Below are positions 26,430-39,800 of a stretch of 64,000 nt of DNA, in pieces (position 1 is the stretch's first letter; each line of letters starts with the position of its first letter). This DNA is from Squalus acanthias (lineage: Eukaryota). The notes under the pieces are model-generated. The model searched no databases and had not been told where the DNA came from. It saw only the letters and a list, made by a program, of their open reading frames with translations. A program made the position numbers and the translations under genes. Location: the NCBI GenBank assembly GCA_030390025.1, contig CM059431.1, positions 158,474,001-158,538,000 of the forward strand, written 5' to 3'.

Positions 26430-27165
26430 ATACAGGAAGCTGCAGCTAGCACAGAAAGAGGGAAAGGACAGCGGCTGAGTAGAAAGAGGGAAGTGAGTGA
26501 CCATCTGGAGGGGCATCGCTGTCACAGGTGGAGGGAGCTCCTGAATACTGGAACAGTACAATAGATACCTTGTATTGGAGACTGTAAGGTGGATAAGGAA
26601 AGTGACTCAGATGAAAGTCTTCCTGAGCAACAGTGTAGTACCAGGGAGCAGGAGGTCACCCCGAGTGTGGTGTTAGGCAGGTGGGGCACAGGAACAGGAG
26701 ATCAATAGCGGTGGGAGATTCCATAGTCAGGGGAGTAGACAGACTCGTCTGCAGCTCTGAGCAGGTCCCGAATGGTAAGCTGCATTCCTGGTGCCAGAGG
26801 GATGAAACATCCTGGAACAGGTGGGAACATCTCTGGGAATGAAAGTAGAGCAGGAATTACCCATGGACAGAATCAGTAACACTGATAGAAATAAATAATT
26901 TATAGAGGCAATATTGTGACTGAGGCACTAGACTAAAGACAAGGCCTCAATGTGGAGATATCTGGATTGTTTTGCTTAATAATGGAAAAATGAAGCAGAT
27001 CACTGTCGGGATGCTTGGCTGGAGTAGGAGGGAAGGGTTCACGTTTTTGGGGCACAAGAGTGAGTTCGGGGAGAAGGGATTGGACGCCCGCCATCTGAAC
27101 CAATCAACAATCTTTTTACTAAATTGGTAAATCGTGCAGTGGTGAGGGTATCAGCTGATATGACT
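26430..27165 (+). mobile_element. Ancient CR1 ORF1 (esterase) relic duplicated with the cassette (also ~33840-34565, ~52330-52830)
   Basis: ggagattccatagtcaggggagtagacag (GDSIVRGVD) and cgaatggtaagctgcattcctggtgccag (RMVSCIPGA). Confidence 0.7.
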
Positions 27166-27569
27166 GTAGGGTGGGAATTATCCGCTGAGGCAGCAGAGCG
27201 GAAATAATGAAACTGTAGGAGTTGAAACAGAAGATTTATGAAATAGTGAAACATTACTAGCCAGAAAAAGGAAGGTTGTTTTCGAGTAGTGAGAGATGAA
27301 GTCAATTGTTGTTAAAACAATTGTAAAATAAAATACGATCAACATTGCAAAGAATCTGATTTAGTATTGACTGTTGTGCCTGAAAATTTACAAATCATTC
27401 CAAAGACATTTGGAAAATCAGAGGCATGAGAGATGGGATTTAGTATCTATAGGACAGGGCCTTAGATTTCACTGGACTAAGAGAAATGTTCCTGGTCATA
27501 ACATTTTGAGAAAGAAAAATAATTGCTAACGCCAGAATTAATAAAGGGTTCCAGGACAGCACAAAACTA

Positions 27570-28975
27570 CAAAAACCCTTGGATTTCAATAGCATCTTTA
27601 ACATGGAAAAACGTCTCAAGGCGCTTCACAGGAGCGCTATCAAACACAATGTGACACCGGGACACATCAAATATTAGGGCAGGTGAACAAACGCTTCGTC
27701 AAAGAGGTTTTCAGGAGCGTCTTAAATTAGGAATGAGGTGGAGAGGTTTCGGGAGGGAATTCCAGAACTTACGGTCTGGGCAACTGAAGGCAGGACTGCC
27801 AATGGTTGAGCGATTATAATCGGGGATGCTCAAGCGGGATGAATTATAACAGCTCATTTATCTCGGGGGACATTGTTGTTGGGCTGGAATAGATTACAGA
27901 GGTAGGGAGGGGGGAGAATTTTGAAATCGAGGCGTTGCTTTACTGGGAGCCAATGCACGTCAGCGAGCACAGGGGATATGAAAAAACGGGACTTGCTGTG
28001 AGTTTGGAAAGTGACAGACGAGTTTTGGATAACCTCAAGATTACGTAGGGTCGAACGTGAAAGGCCAGCCAGGGGCGCGTTGGAATAGTCGAGTCTAGAG
28101 GTAACACATGTATGGATAGGGTTTCAGTAGCAGGGGTGGAAATGGGCGATGTTACGGTGGTGGAAATAAGCGGTCTTAATTATGCAGCGTATATGTGATT
28201 GGAAGCTCATGTCAGGGTCACATGTGACACCAAGGTTGCGAACAGTGTGGTTCAGCCTCAGACATATGTTAGGGAGAGGGATGGACACGCAGTCTGACAA
28301 TTTCGAAATCGTGGAGGGGTCAGGAGGTGTGGTGGTGAGTTGGAGCTGGGTGTCGTTAGCATACATGTGGAAACTGATGCTATGTTTTCCGATGATGTCA
28401 TCAAGGGGCAACATGTAGATGACAAATAGAGAGGCGGCCAGGGTTAGATCCTTGTGGGACACCAGATGTAATGATGCCAGAGCGGGAAGAGAATCCATTG
28501 CAGGTGATTCACTGGCTACAATTGATAAGAATGGAATCAGGCGAGTGCAGTCCCACCAGCTGGACGACGGTGGAGAGGCGTTGCAGGAGCGCTGAAAAGT
28601 CAAACGCGTCAAAGGCTGCTCAAAGGTCGAGAAGGACGAGGAGGGATAGTCTGTATTCGTCGCAGTCACATAGGATGTCATTTGAGACTTTGATGAGAGG
28701 CGTTTAGGTACTGTGGCAGGGTTGGAAACTCGAAAGGAGGGACACAAATATGGAGCTCCGGGAAAAAGGGCATGTATTTGGGAGGTGAAAACACTATCAA
28801 GGACTTTGGAGCGGAAAGGGAGATTGGAGATGGGCGGTAGTTTGCAGGGACGAAGGAGTCGAGGTGTTTTTTGAGGAGATTGGTGATGACGGCAGATTTG
28901 AAGGAAAGGGGGACAGTAACTGAGGAGAGAGAGCCGTTAACAATGTCAGGCAACATGGGAGCCATAAAAGGAAGT
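27570..28975 (-). mobile_element. L2 LINE 3' portion
   Basis: ORF 28124-28747 IYMLPL..SFHMYANDTQL (L2 RT). Confidence 0.85.
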
Positions 28976-29870
28976 TAACAGAAGAGTCCCCCATAGATCC
29001 CCCCTTCTCCCTCTCCAATTTCTCATCTATGTGCTGCCCCTTGGAGACATTATCCAAAGGCAAGTGCACAGTTTCACATGTACGCAGGGTCTTCAACACA
29101 CACCGCAAATTTTTCTCCCCTTGTCGGTGATTCCATCCTCATCCCAGCCAATATCTCGGATTGAACCAGACAGTTTACAACCTCAGCGTTCTATATGACG
29201 CCAAGCTGAGATTCCGAACCGATATTCTCTCCATCACAAAGACCACCTGCTTCCACGTCAATAACATTGCCCATCTTTATCCCTATTCAGCCCATCTGCT
29301 GCTCAAATCCTCACCAATGCATTTATCTACTGTGGACTCGATGTTTCCATTGTTCTCCGGTCCGGCTTTGCAATTTTTACCCTGCGTAAACTTCGATGGA
29401 TCCAAAATACTTCTCAACGAACACCACTGAACTTGCAAACTTACATTGGCTCCCGGTCCCCCAGCACCTCCAAATTAAAATTCTCATCCTCGTTTAAATC
29501 CCTTAATGCTCTTGATCATCCCTGCTACCGTAACATCTTCCAGCCGTTCAAGCCCCCACCACCAAGTTATCTTTGTTCCTCCGGCTCTGGCCTCTAGTGC
29601 ATTTTACCCTCTCCTAAATCCATATAATGCGCCTATGCCTTCGACTGTCACGATTCTCTGCTCTGAAATTCTCCACCTAAACCTCTCCAGCTTCCTCCAC
29701 TCCTTTTAAGATGCTCCTAAACCCGACTTATTTTCCCAACATTTTGGTCCACTCCTCCTTCTACCTCCTTTATTCAGCGCCCAACTTTTTTCTGATTCGG
29801 CTCCTTTGAAGCCCTTGGGATGTTTGTCAATTTTAAAGCGCTGTGGAAATGCAAGTTGTTGTTGTGACTT
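28976..29870 (+). mobile_element. L2 LINE 3' portion, paralog of ~12185-12940; marks a sub-duplication junction
   Basis: cccatagatcccc match to ~12189; ends aaatgcaagttgttgttg. Confidence 0.8.
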
Positions 29871-30613
29871 ATGTGCTTATTATACTAGGTATGAACCAGC
29901 AGATAACTGAATATTACAAGGTATCAAACTTAGTTCTAAATTAATTCCGGTGAATAACTTTGACCTTAGTTTGGAGAAATTATTTATCCGAGACTGAATC
30001 GCTTTTACATTTCCGCAGTGGGGAAATGAAATTAAGCGACTGATAGTTTAATTGGACGCTTGTGTGTGGGCACACACACAACGAGACACACAGACACACA
30101 CACAAGTGGAGAATTCTGGTTGTAAAACAGCAGGTAAAGCTGCCACTTGTATGTTTATGTACAATTCTGAGATTGTCAGACCTCTAAATATATTCCACTA
30201 ATCAATGCTTTGCATCACCTCACTGTTTAAAGTGACGTAACATTATCCATTAGTGTTAATATTAGTGTAACAGTGATAAATGTCCTCACCTCCTACAGTG
30301 CTGATTAGTCAGGTGCTGACACCATGAGAAATATGTTAACTATATTCAAATAGAAGCACCAACCAGGACACATCTCCATGAATACACGGACAATGTAATT
30401 GCCCATAGAGACGAGAGGGATCGCACCCAGCTGTACATTGCTTATCTGGATAGATATCAAATTCTTAAAATTCAGAATTTAAAGTCAAAACTCAGCAAAT
30501 TCAAAATATTAAACAATTTTCTGTGAATAATATAATATTATACCGCCAGATTGTAAATCGAGTGAAGGGTCATTTAATTCATCAAAGATGACCCGCTCCT
30601 CAGTTCCCTGCAG

Positions 30614-30658
30614 ATTAACCTCTACCTCAGAAATAAGGCTTCTTTTGCCCTGCACTGT
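30614..30658 (+). other. Putative 45-nt micro-exon, copy 2
   Basis: ttccctgcAG|...|GTGAGT; paralog of 13575-13617. Confidence 0.55.
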
Positions 30659-30739
30659 GTGAGTAAAACTTACCAAAGGGCGCAACCAGTGCGGAGTCTC
30701 GGCCGACAGTCGCCCATCTGGAACTCGGTTGTGGAGATC

Positions 30740-33430
30740 AACAACAACAACTTGTACTTATATAACGCTTCTAACGTAGTAAAATGTCCCAATGCGTTTC
30801 ACAGGAGTGTCCCAACTCGCACCAAGGCCTGTCCGTCCTTCTCCCCTGTGCTCGCTCACCAACATTGCCTCCCGGTTAAGCAGTGCCTCGATTTCAAAGT
30901 TCTCATCCTTGTTTTCAAATACCTGCATGCCCCACGCCCCTCCCCATTTCTGTAATCTCCTTCAGTCCTACAACCAACCGAGATATCTGCACTCCTATAA
31001 TTCTGCCCTCTTGAGCAACCCTGTTTATAATCTTTCACTGTTGCTTTGGCCCTCAGCTCTGGAATTCCCTCCCTAAAGCTCTCCGCCTCGCTACAACTCT
31101 TTCCTCCATTAAGATGCTCCTTGAAACTTACCTCTTTGATCAAGCTTTTGGTCATCTGCACTAATTTATTATTATGTGGCTCGGTATTATTTTTTATTTC
31201 TTACAGTACACCTGTGCAGTGCCTTGGGACGTTTCACTACGTTAAAGGCGCTATACAAATAAAAGTTATTGTTATAAGACAAGAATTTGATACCGTGACT
31301 CATAAGGAGAAATTAGGGTAGATGACTAAAAGCTTTGTCAAAGTGATTAGAATTAGGGAGATGCGAGTCCATGGAGGGAATTGAACACAAGGGTGAGATT
31401 TTTGAAATCGAAACGGTGTTTAACCAGGATCTAACGTAGTTCAGCGAGCACAGGCGTGATGGGTGAATGGGACTTGGTGCCAGTTAGGAGACTGGCATCC
31501 GAATTTAGGATTGACTCTAAATTACGTAGGGTAGAACGTGGGTGGCCAGCCAGGAGTGTTTTGGAATAGTCAAGTCAAGAGATAACAATGGCATGAATGA
31601 GGGTTTCAGAAGCAGATGTGCTGTTGCAACGGCGGAGACAGGCGATGATGGAGTTGCAAATAGGCGGTCTTAGTTCGGCCGTGGATATGTGGTCGCAGGC
31701 TCATTTCAGGGTTAAACATGAATCCAAGGTTGTGAACTGTGTGGTTCTGCCTCACATATGTTAGGGAGAGGGATGGAATCAGTGACGGGGAACGAAAACA
31801 ATGTCTTCCCAATATTTAACTGGAGAAAATTTCTGCTCATTCAGAACTGGATGTCGGACAAGCAATCTGACAATTTAGAGACAGTGGAGGTGTCGAGAGA
31901 AGTGGTGGTGAGGTAGAGCTGGCTGTCGTCAACCTACATGTGGAAACTGAAGCTTTGTTTTCCGAAGATGTCGCTAAGGGGCAGAATGTTAATGAGAAAT
32001 AGGAGGGGGCCAAGAATAGATTCTTGGGGCACACCAGAGGTAGTGATGCGGGTGGGAAGAGAAGGAAATGCAGTTAATTCTATGGCAATGATAGATAAGA
32101 ATGGAACCAGGCGATTGCAGTCCCACCCAGCTGACCGACGGTGTAAAGGCTTTGGAGGAATGTGGAGTGGGCAACCGTAACAAGTTCTGCTGAGAAGTCG
32201 AGAAGAACGAGGAGGGACAGTTTGTCTCTGTCGCAGCAACAAAGGATGTCATTTGTAACCTTGATGAGAGTCTTTTCGGTAGTCTGGCAGGGGCGGAAAC
32301 CCGATTGGAGGGACTCAAACATGGAGTTCCGGGAAAGATGGGAATGGATTTGGGAGGCGACAACATGTTCAAGGACTTTGGAGCGGAAACAGACATTGGA
32401 GTTGGGGCGGTAGTTTGCAAGGACGGTGGAGTCGAGGGTTGTTTTTTGAGGAGAGTGGTGATGACGGCAGATTTGAAGGAGAAATGGACAGTACCTGAGG
32501 AAATAGAAACGTTAACAATGTCAGGTAACAGGGGAGCCAGAAGAGGAATTTGAGTGGTCAGCAGTTTGGTGGGAATAGGATCGAGCGCGCAGGAGGTGTA
32601 TTTCATGAACAAGATGAGCGCGGAGAGGTCAGGGGAGGAAATCGGAGAGAAGCTGGAAAAAGATGCGAGTTCAGGGCTAGGGCAGGAGGGGTTCTTAAAG
32701 GAAGTTTGGCCCGGTGGGTTAGGGATTCGATGAGAAGTGGCAGAGGCAGCTGATCGGATAGGCTTAATCTTAGAGACAAAGAAGTTCTTGAGCTAATCGC
32801 AATTTTTGTTGGAGGTGAACGTGGAGGAGACAGGGGAGAAGGGTTTAAGAAGATGGTTAACAGTGGAGAATAGAAGCCGAGGATTATCTTTGCATTCCAG
32901 AATTATTCTGGTATAGTGAGGAAATTTGGCAGACGAGAGCAGGACCCGATAATGCTTTATGTGGTCCAGCCAGATCTGGCGGCAAATGGTTAAACCCGCT
33001 GTCTGCCATATCCGTTCAAGTCTGAGTCTCTTGGACTTAAGCACGCGATATGAGGGCTGTACCAGTTGGAAAGCCAGGTTGAGACAGTGTGATTTATTTA
33101 ATAGGGAGTAGGGCATCGAAGTCGGTGGTGAGCGTATGGTTGAGCAGATCGGGAGCTGTAGAAATATTGTGGTGAATGGAGGACCAAAAGCTGGATAGCT
33201 GGAATTTCGTAAGTGCAAATGTTAAGATAGTTGGAAGAGAGCTTTTTCGACACAGAATGAGGTAAGTTTGAGGGAGACGGGGGATGTGTAAGGATTGTGA
33301 TAGGGATTTGGGAGGGCAGCGTATCCGAAAGAGGTGTAAGGAAAGGAAGTATGACGACTGGAGAGAGCGATCAAGTAGGTTTAGAGAGAAAAGGAATAGA
33401 GGGGAGAAAAGAGTGGAAATGGAAGTGAAC
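30740..33430 (-). mobile_element. L2 LINE (minus) with an inverted L2 3' end nested at ~30810-31270
   Basis: (CAA)n at 30740; ORF 32080-32322 FESLQSGFRPCQTTEKTLIKVTNDI..LLVLLDFSA. Confidence 0.85.
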
Positions 33431-33683
33431 GGCTTGGGTCCGGAGCGGCATACAAAATGCACACTCAAGATCAGCGGGACACATTGGATTTCACTGGGCA
33501 GCTGTTTGTGTCGCACCTGACCTGGAGTTGTGATCGTAACACTCGGGAAATATTGGTACCCAGAGCTAACAGTATGCTGTACTGATGGGGGATGAGGGCC
33601 TTGATATCATCTTTAATAAGACAACGTTCGGTTTCTCATCTTAATATTGCCTCCTAAACCTCATGTTAATATATTTATTGAAG

Positions 33684-33779
33684 AGCATCAGAACCTGGGA
33701 ACGCCTGTCACCGCCATGGCTGAATGTCCAATCGGGGGAAAAGATCCAATATATATGGGAATAAATGAAAAAGCCAAAG
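33684..33779 (+). CDS. Putative start-codon exon copy 2 (ATG 33716; MAECPIGGKDPIYMGINEKAK, phase-1 donor)
   Basis: CACCGCCATGG Kozak context, AAG|GTAGGT donor, same 96-nt length as copy 1; acceptor weaker (ttgaAG). Confidence 0.55.
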
Positions 33780-35189
33780 GTAGGTTCAGAAAAATCTTGA
33801 AAATATAATTTGTGTCACGACAAAGGGAACAGATCTCGTGCCTGAACCTGCAGCTCACAAAGAAAGAGGGGACAGGTAAGGGGTAGAGTACAAAGTGGGA
33901 AGTGAGTGACCCTCTAGAGGGGCACCGCCGTCACAGGTGCAGGGAGCCCTGAATACTGTAACTGTCCAATAGGTATCTGGTATTGGAAACTGTAATGTGG
34001 ATAGAGACAGTGACTCAGATGAGGTTCCTCCTGAGCAACAGTGTAGTACCAGGGAGCAGGATGTCAACCCGTGTGGGGTGGAAGGCAGGTGGGGCACAGG
34101 AACAGGAGATCAATAGCGGTGGGAGTGTCTATAGTCAGGGGAATAGACAGACTCGTCTGCAGCCCTGAGCAGGTCCCGAATGGTAAGACGCATTCCTGGT
34201 GCCAGAGGGATGAACATCCTGGAACAGGTGGTAACATCTCTGGGAAGGAAAGGGAAGCATAAATTACCCATGAAAGGAATCAACAACACGGATAGAAAAA
34301 AAGTTTATAAAGGGCTTATTGTGACTGAGGCACTAGACTAAAGGTAAGGCCTCAATGTGGAGATCTCTGGATTGTTTTGCTTAATGCGGGAAATATGAGG
34401 CAGATCAATGTGGGGCTGATTGGCTTGAGTAGGAGGGAAGGGTTCACGTTGTTGGGGCACTAGAGTGAGTGAGGGGAGAAGGGATGGGAAGGCCGGGATC
34501 TGAACCCACCAACAATGCTTTTACAGAATAGGTGAATGGAGCAGTGGGAAGGGTATCAGCTGATATGACTGTAGGGTGGGAATTATCCGCTGAGGCTACA
34601 GAGCGGAATTTATCAAAATGTAGGAGCTGAAACAGAATATTTATAAAATAGTGAAAAATTATTAGCAGGAAAGAGGAAGGTTGTTCTCGAGTAGTGAGAG
34701 ATGAAGTGACTTGGTGTTAAAAAATGAATGAAAAATAAAAAAGGGTCAACAATCCCTAGAATTAGATTTAGTATTGACTGTTGTGCCTTTAAATGTACAA
34801 ATCATTCCAAAGACATTTGGAAAGTCAGAGGCATGAGAGATGCGATATATTCTCTATAGGACAGGGCCTGGGATTTTTCTGGACCAAGATAAATGTTCCT
34901 GGATATAACATTTTGAGGAGAAAGAAAAATAATTGTGCACGCCAAAATTAATAAAGTGTTCCAGAACAACGCTAGGAGAACAAAAAAAACACTTGCATTT
35001 CTATAGCACCTTTAACGTAGTAAAACGTCCCAAGGCGCTTCACAGGAGCGTTATCAAACAAAATGTGACACCGAGCCACATAAGGAGATATTAGGACAGG
35101 TGAACAAAAGCTTTTTCAAAGACGTTGCTTTGTAGGAGCGACTCAAAGGAGGAAAGAGATGTTTTGAACATAAGGATGTTCCTCGGAGC

Positions 35190-35545
35190 TATGCTAAGAT
35201 AGAATCCACGCATTTTAAATGAAAATTGGGAAGGGGCAATATTACACGTATTGAATAATTCGTTGGAAATGGTGTCATGCCAGTGGACTATCGGATGTCG
35301 AACGTTCCAACTATATTTAAGAAGGGGGATCGAACATATCTAGGAAACTATAAACCAGTCAGCTTAACATCAGTAGAGGGTAAATAATGGAATCTGTAGT
35401 AAAAGAGAAAATAGAAAAACATCTAGAAAACAGAAATATAATAATGAACCGTCAACACGGATTCCAAACGGGAAATTCTTGCTTGAAAGGTTCATTGAAT
35501 TATTTGAAGAGGGAACAGAGCGAGTTCATAGGGCTAATGTAGAAG
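35190..35545 (+). mobile_element. CR1 fragment (paralog ~53440-53785); same lineage as 6666-7860
   Basis: ggaaactataaaccagtcagcttaacatc (GNYKPVSLTS). Confidence 0.75.
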
Positions 35546-36475
35546 ATCACCTTCCATTCAACACGTGGTCAGAAATGGGGATGTTCGCTGATGGCTGCAC
35601 AGTGTTCAGTGCCATTCACAAATCTTCAGATAATGAAGCAGGCCATGCCCGCATGCAACAAGATCTGGACGACTTTCAGGTTTGGGCTGATAAGTGTCAG
35701 GTAACATTCGCGCCACAATAGTGCCAGGCAGTGAGTATCCCCTACAGGGGACAGTCTAAAAACCGCCCCTTGACATTCAACGGCATTACCATCGCCGAAT
35801 CCCCCACCATCAGCATCCTGGTGTCACCATTGACCAGAAACATAACTGGACAAACCACATAAATAGTGTGGCAACAAGAGCAGGTCAGAGGCTGGGTATT
35901 CTGCGGCGTGTGTCTCACCTCCTGACTCCCCAAAGCCTTTCCACCATCTTTAAAACAGAAGTCAGGAGTGTGATGGAATACTCTACACTTGCCTGGATGA
36001 GTGCAGCTCCAAAAACACTCAAGATGCTCGACACCATCGAGCACAAAGTAGCCCGCTTGATTGGCAGCTAAACCACCTCTTTAAACGTTCACTAGCTCCG
36101 CCTCCGGCGTACCGTGGCAACAGTGTGTACCTGTACAAGATGCACTGCAGCAACTCGCCAAGGCTTCTTCGGTAGCACCTCCCAAACCCCCGAGCTCTTC
36201 CAACCAGAAGGACAAGGGCAGCAGGCGCATGGGAACACCACCATCTCCACGTTCCCCCTCAAGTCACACACCATCCTAACTTGGAAGTATATAGCCGATC
36301 CTTCAAGATCGCTGGGTCAATTCATGCAACTCCCTCCCTAACAGCACTGTGGGATCACGCTCAGCACACTGACTGTAGCGGTTCAAGAGGGTGGCTCACC
36401 AACACCTTCTCAAGGTCTATTAGGGATCGGCAATTAATGCTGGCCTCGCCAGCGACGCCCACATTCCATAAATTA
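35546..36475 (+). mobile_element. CR1-group Zenon-like LINE 3' part
   Basis: MFADGCTVF; LLTPQSLSTIFKTEVRSVMEYSTLAWMSAA; 3' end gccagcgacgcccacatt. Confidence 0.75.
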
Positions 36476-36639
36476 ATACAAAAATAGGAACGGTGGGAGG
36501 AGGCTCGAGTGGAACGTAAATGGACTGGTTGGGCCAAAAGGCCTGTTACAGTGCAGTATATTTGTAATTTTATGTAATTCCTATGTACATCGTTAAGCAA
36601 TAACAGGGAAAATAGCAATGATCCCCCTAATTTTTTTTT

Positions 36640-36820
36640 GTGTGTGCGGTCTCTTTAACGAGCTGCGGTTCCCATTCACAATAGGCGCATGTGCTAAATC
36701 TATAATAGAAAAGCCGGAAAGCGGCCTGTGTGGGATCTCCAGACAGCTGTGCGGTGGATCAGCTTAGTGGAAACGTTGCAGTGAAGGTTAGATAGAGGGG
36801 GAGCTGGGTGAAACTCGTGG
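36640..36820 (+). promoter_or_regulatory. Promoter-like segment and possible first exon, cassette B
   Basis: GCGCATGTGC at 36685-36694 (NRF1-like), CCGGAA at ~36714 (ETS core), AAG|GTTAGA at 36787 just before the satellite. Confidence 0.4.
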
Positions 36821-36829
36821 GTCTATGTG

Positions 36830-39800
36830 TGGCTTGGTCAGTGGGGTATATGTGTGGGGCTGGGTCAGTGGGGTGTCGGTGTGAGGCTCTGTCAGTGGGG
36901 TGCAGTTATTGAGTTGGAGCAGTGCGATTTCGGTGTGGGGCTGGGTCAGTGGGGTGTGGGGCTGGTTCAGTGGGCTGTCGGGTTTGGGCTGGGTCAGTGA
37001 CGTTTCGGTGCGGGGCTGGGTCTGTGGGGTGTCAGTGTGGGGCTGACTCAGCGGGTTTTCGGTGTGATGCTTGTTCAGTGGGGTTTCGGTGTGCCGCCAG
37101 GTCAGTGGGGTGACGGTGTGGTCTGTGTTAATGGCCTGTCGCTGTAGGGCTGGTTCAGCGGGGTTTCGCTGTGGGGCTTTGTCAGGGAATTTCGGTGTGG
37201 GGCTGATTCAGTGGGGTGTCGCTGTGAGGCTTGGTCAGTGGGGTGTCCGTGTAGAGCTAGGTCAATGAGGTGTCGGTGTGGAGCTGGCTCGGTGGGGTTT
37301 CGGTATGGGGCTGGGACAGTAGGGTGTCGGTGTGGGGCTGTGTCAATGGGGTGTCGGTGTGGGTCCGTGTCAATGGGGTGCGTTGTGGGGCTGCCTCAGT
37401 GGTGTGTCGATGTGGGGCTGGGTCATTGGGGTGTGTGGCCGGGTCAATGGGGTGCGGTGTGGGGCTGGGTCAGTGGTGTTTCGATGTGGGGCTGGGTCAG
37501 TGGAGTGTCGGTGTTAGGCTGGGTGAGTGGGGTGTCGGTGTGGGGCTCGGTCATTGGTGTGTCCGTGTGGGGCTGGGTCAGCGGGGTTTTGGTGTGGGGC
37601 TGTGTCAGTGGGATGTCGATGTTTGGCTGTTCAGTGGGGTGTCGGTGTGGGGCTCTGACAGTGGGTTGTAGGTGTTGGTCCGTGTCAATGAGGTTTCAAA
37701 AGAACATAATAACATAAGAAATAGGAGCAGGAGTCGGCCAATCGGCACCTGGAGCCTGCTCCGCCATTCAATAAGATCATGGCTGATCTGACCCTAACCT
37801 CAAATCTAAAGAACACAAGAAGTAGGAGCAGGACCCGGCCACTCAGCCCCTGGGCCCGCTCCGCCACCAACAGGGCCTTGACAGATCCCAACTCAGCTTC
37901 ATGTCCAATTTCCTGCCCGTTCCTCATAACCCCTAATACCCTTTACTTCTCGGAAACTGTCTATTTATTTTTTTAATTTATTTAATGATGTAGCTTCCAC
38001 AGCTTCCTGGGGCAGCAAATTCCACAAACCTACTACCCTCCGAGTCAAGAAGTTTCTACTCATCTCAGTTTTGAAAGAGCAGCCCCTTATTCTAAGATTT
38101 TGCCCCCTAGTTCTAGTTTCACCCATCCTTGGGAACATACTTACCGCATCCACCCGATCAAGCCACTTCACAATCTTATATGTTTCAATAAGATCGCCTC
38201 TCATTCTTCTGAACTCCAATGAGTAGAGTCCCAAGCTACTCAACCTCTCCTCATATGTCCACCTCCTCACAACCGGGATTAACCGAGTGAACCTTCTTTG
38301 TACTGCCTCGAGAGCAAGTATGTCTTTTCTTAAGTATGGACACCAAAACTGTATGCAGTATTCCAGGTGCGGTCTCACCAATACCTTATATATCTGCAGC
38401 AATACCTCCCTCTTTTTATAATCTATATCCCTATCAATAAAAGCCAACATTCCGTTGGCCTTCTTGATCACCTGCTGCACCTGCATACTATCTTTTTGAT
38501 TTTCTTGCACTGGGACCCCCAGATCCCTTTGTACTGCAGTACTTTCCAGTTTCTCGCCATTAAGATAATAACTTGCTCTCTGATTTTTCCTGCCAAAGTG
38601 CATAACCTCACATTTTCCAATATTGTATTGCATCTGCCAAATCTCCGCCCACTCACCCAGCCTGTCTATATCCCCTTGTAGGTGTTTTATGTCCTCCTCA
38701 CTTTATACGTTCCCTCCCATCTTTGTATCATCTGCAAACTTTGATAAGTTACACTCGGGCCCCTCCTACAAATCGTTAATATGGATTGTAAAGATTTGGG
38801 GACCCAGCAGCGACCCCTGCGGAACACCACTGGCTACTGTTTGCCAGTCCGACAATGAACAATTTATCCCGATTCTCTGCTTCCTGTTAGATAACCAATC
38901 CTCCACCCATGCCAGAATATTACCCACAATCCAGTGAATTTTTACCTTTAGCAATAATATTTTATGTGGCAACTTGTCGAATGCGTTCTGGAAGTCTAAA
39001 TACACTACGTCCACTGGTTCCCCTTTATCCACCCTGTACGTTATGTCCTCAAAGAACTCAAGCAAATTTCTCAGACATGACCGCCCTTTCATAAAGCCAT
39101 GCTTTATTTGTCCTATTAAATTATGTTTATCTAAATGTTCCGTTACTGTCTCCTTTATAATAGACTCCAAAATTTTACTCACCGCATATGTTAGGCTAAC
39201 TGGTCTATAATTTCCAGCCTTCTCCCTACTACCCTTTTTAAATAAGGGTGTTACATTAGCTGTGGGGCTGGGTCAGTAGGGTGCCGGTGTGGGGCTGTGT
39301 CAGTTGGGTGTCGATGTGGGGCTTGATCTGTCGGGATTCGGTGTGATGCTGGGTCTTTGGGGGGTTGGTGTGGCGCTGGTTCAGTGGGGTTTGGTGTGGG
39401 GCGGGGTCAGTAGCGTATCGGTGTCGGGCTTGGCCAATGGGGTGCGGTGTGGGCTGGGTCAGTGAGGTTTCGGTGTGGGGCTGGGTCTGTGGGGTGTCGG
39501 TGTGGGGCTGGATCACTGGGCTGTCGGTGCGGGGCTGTCAGTGGTTTGTGAGTGCTGGTTCAGTGGGTGTCGTTCTGCTTCATTTTGGTGTGGGTCTGGT
39601 TCAAGGGGTGCTGGAAACTGTCAGTGGGGTCCGGGTCTGGGTCACTGCGGTGTGGGTCAGAGGGCTGGGGGTCGGGGATGGAGCGGTGGGCGGCGGGGCT
39701 GTATAGGTGAGTGCGTGGCTGTGTCGGCGCGGCGCGGTGCTGGGTCAGTGGCGGGTTGGGATGGATTGCTGACGGGTCGGTGGGTAGACAGTGATGGGGA

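Noticed and set aside
27173..27183. NF-kB-like GGGAATTATCC in three copies (also 34578, 52840)
   Set aside because: Imperfect match, and the recurrence is explained by duplication
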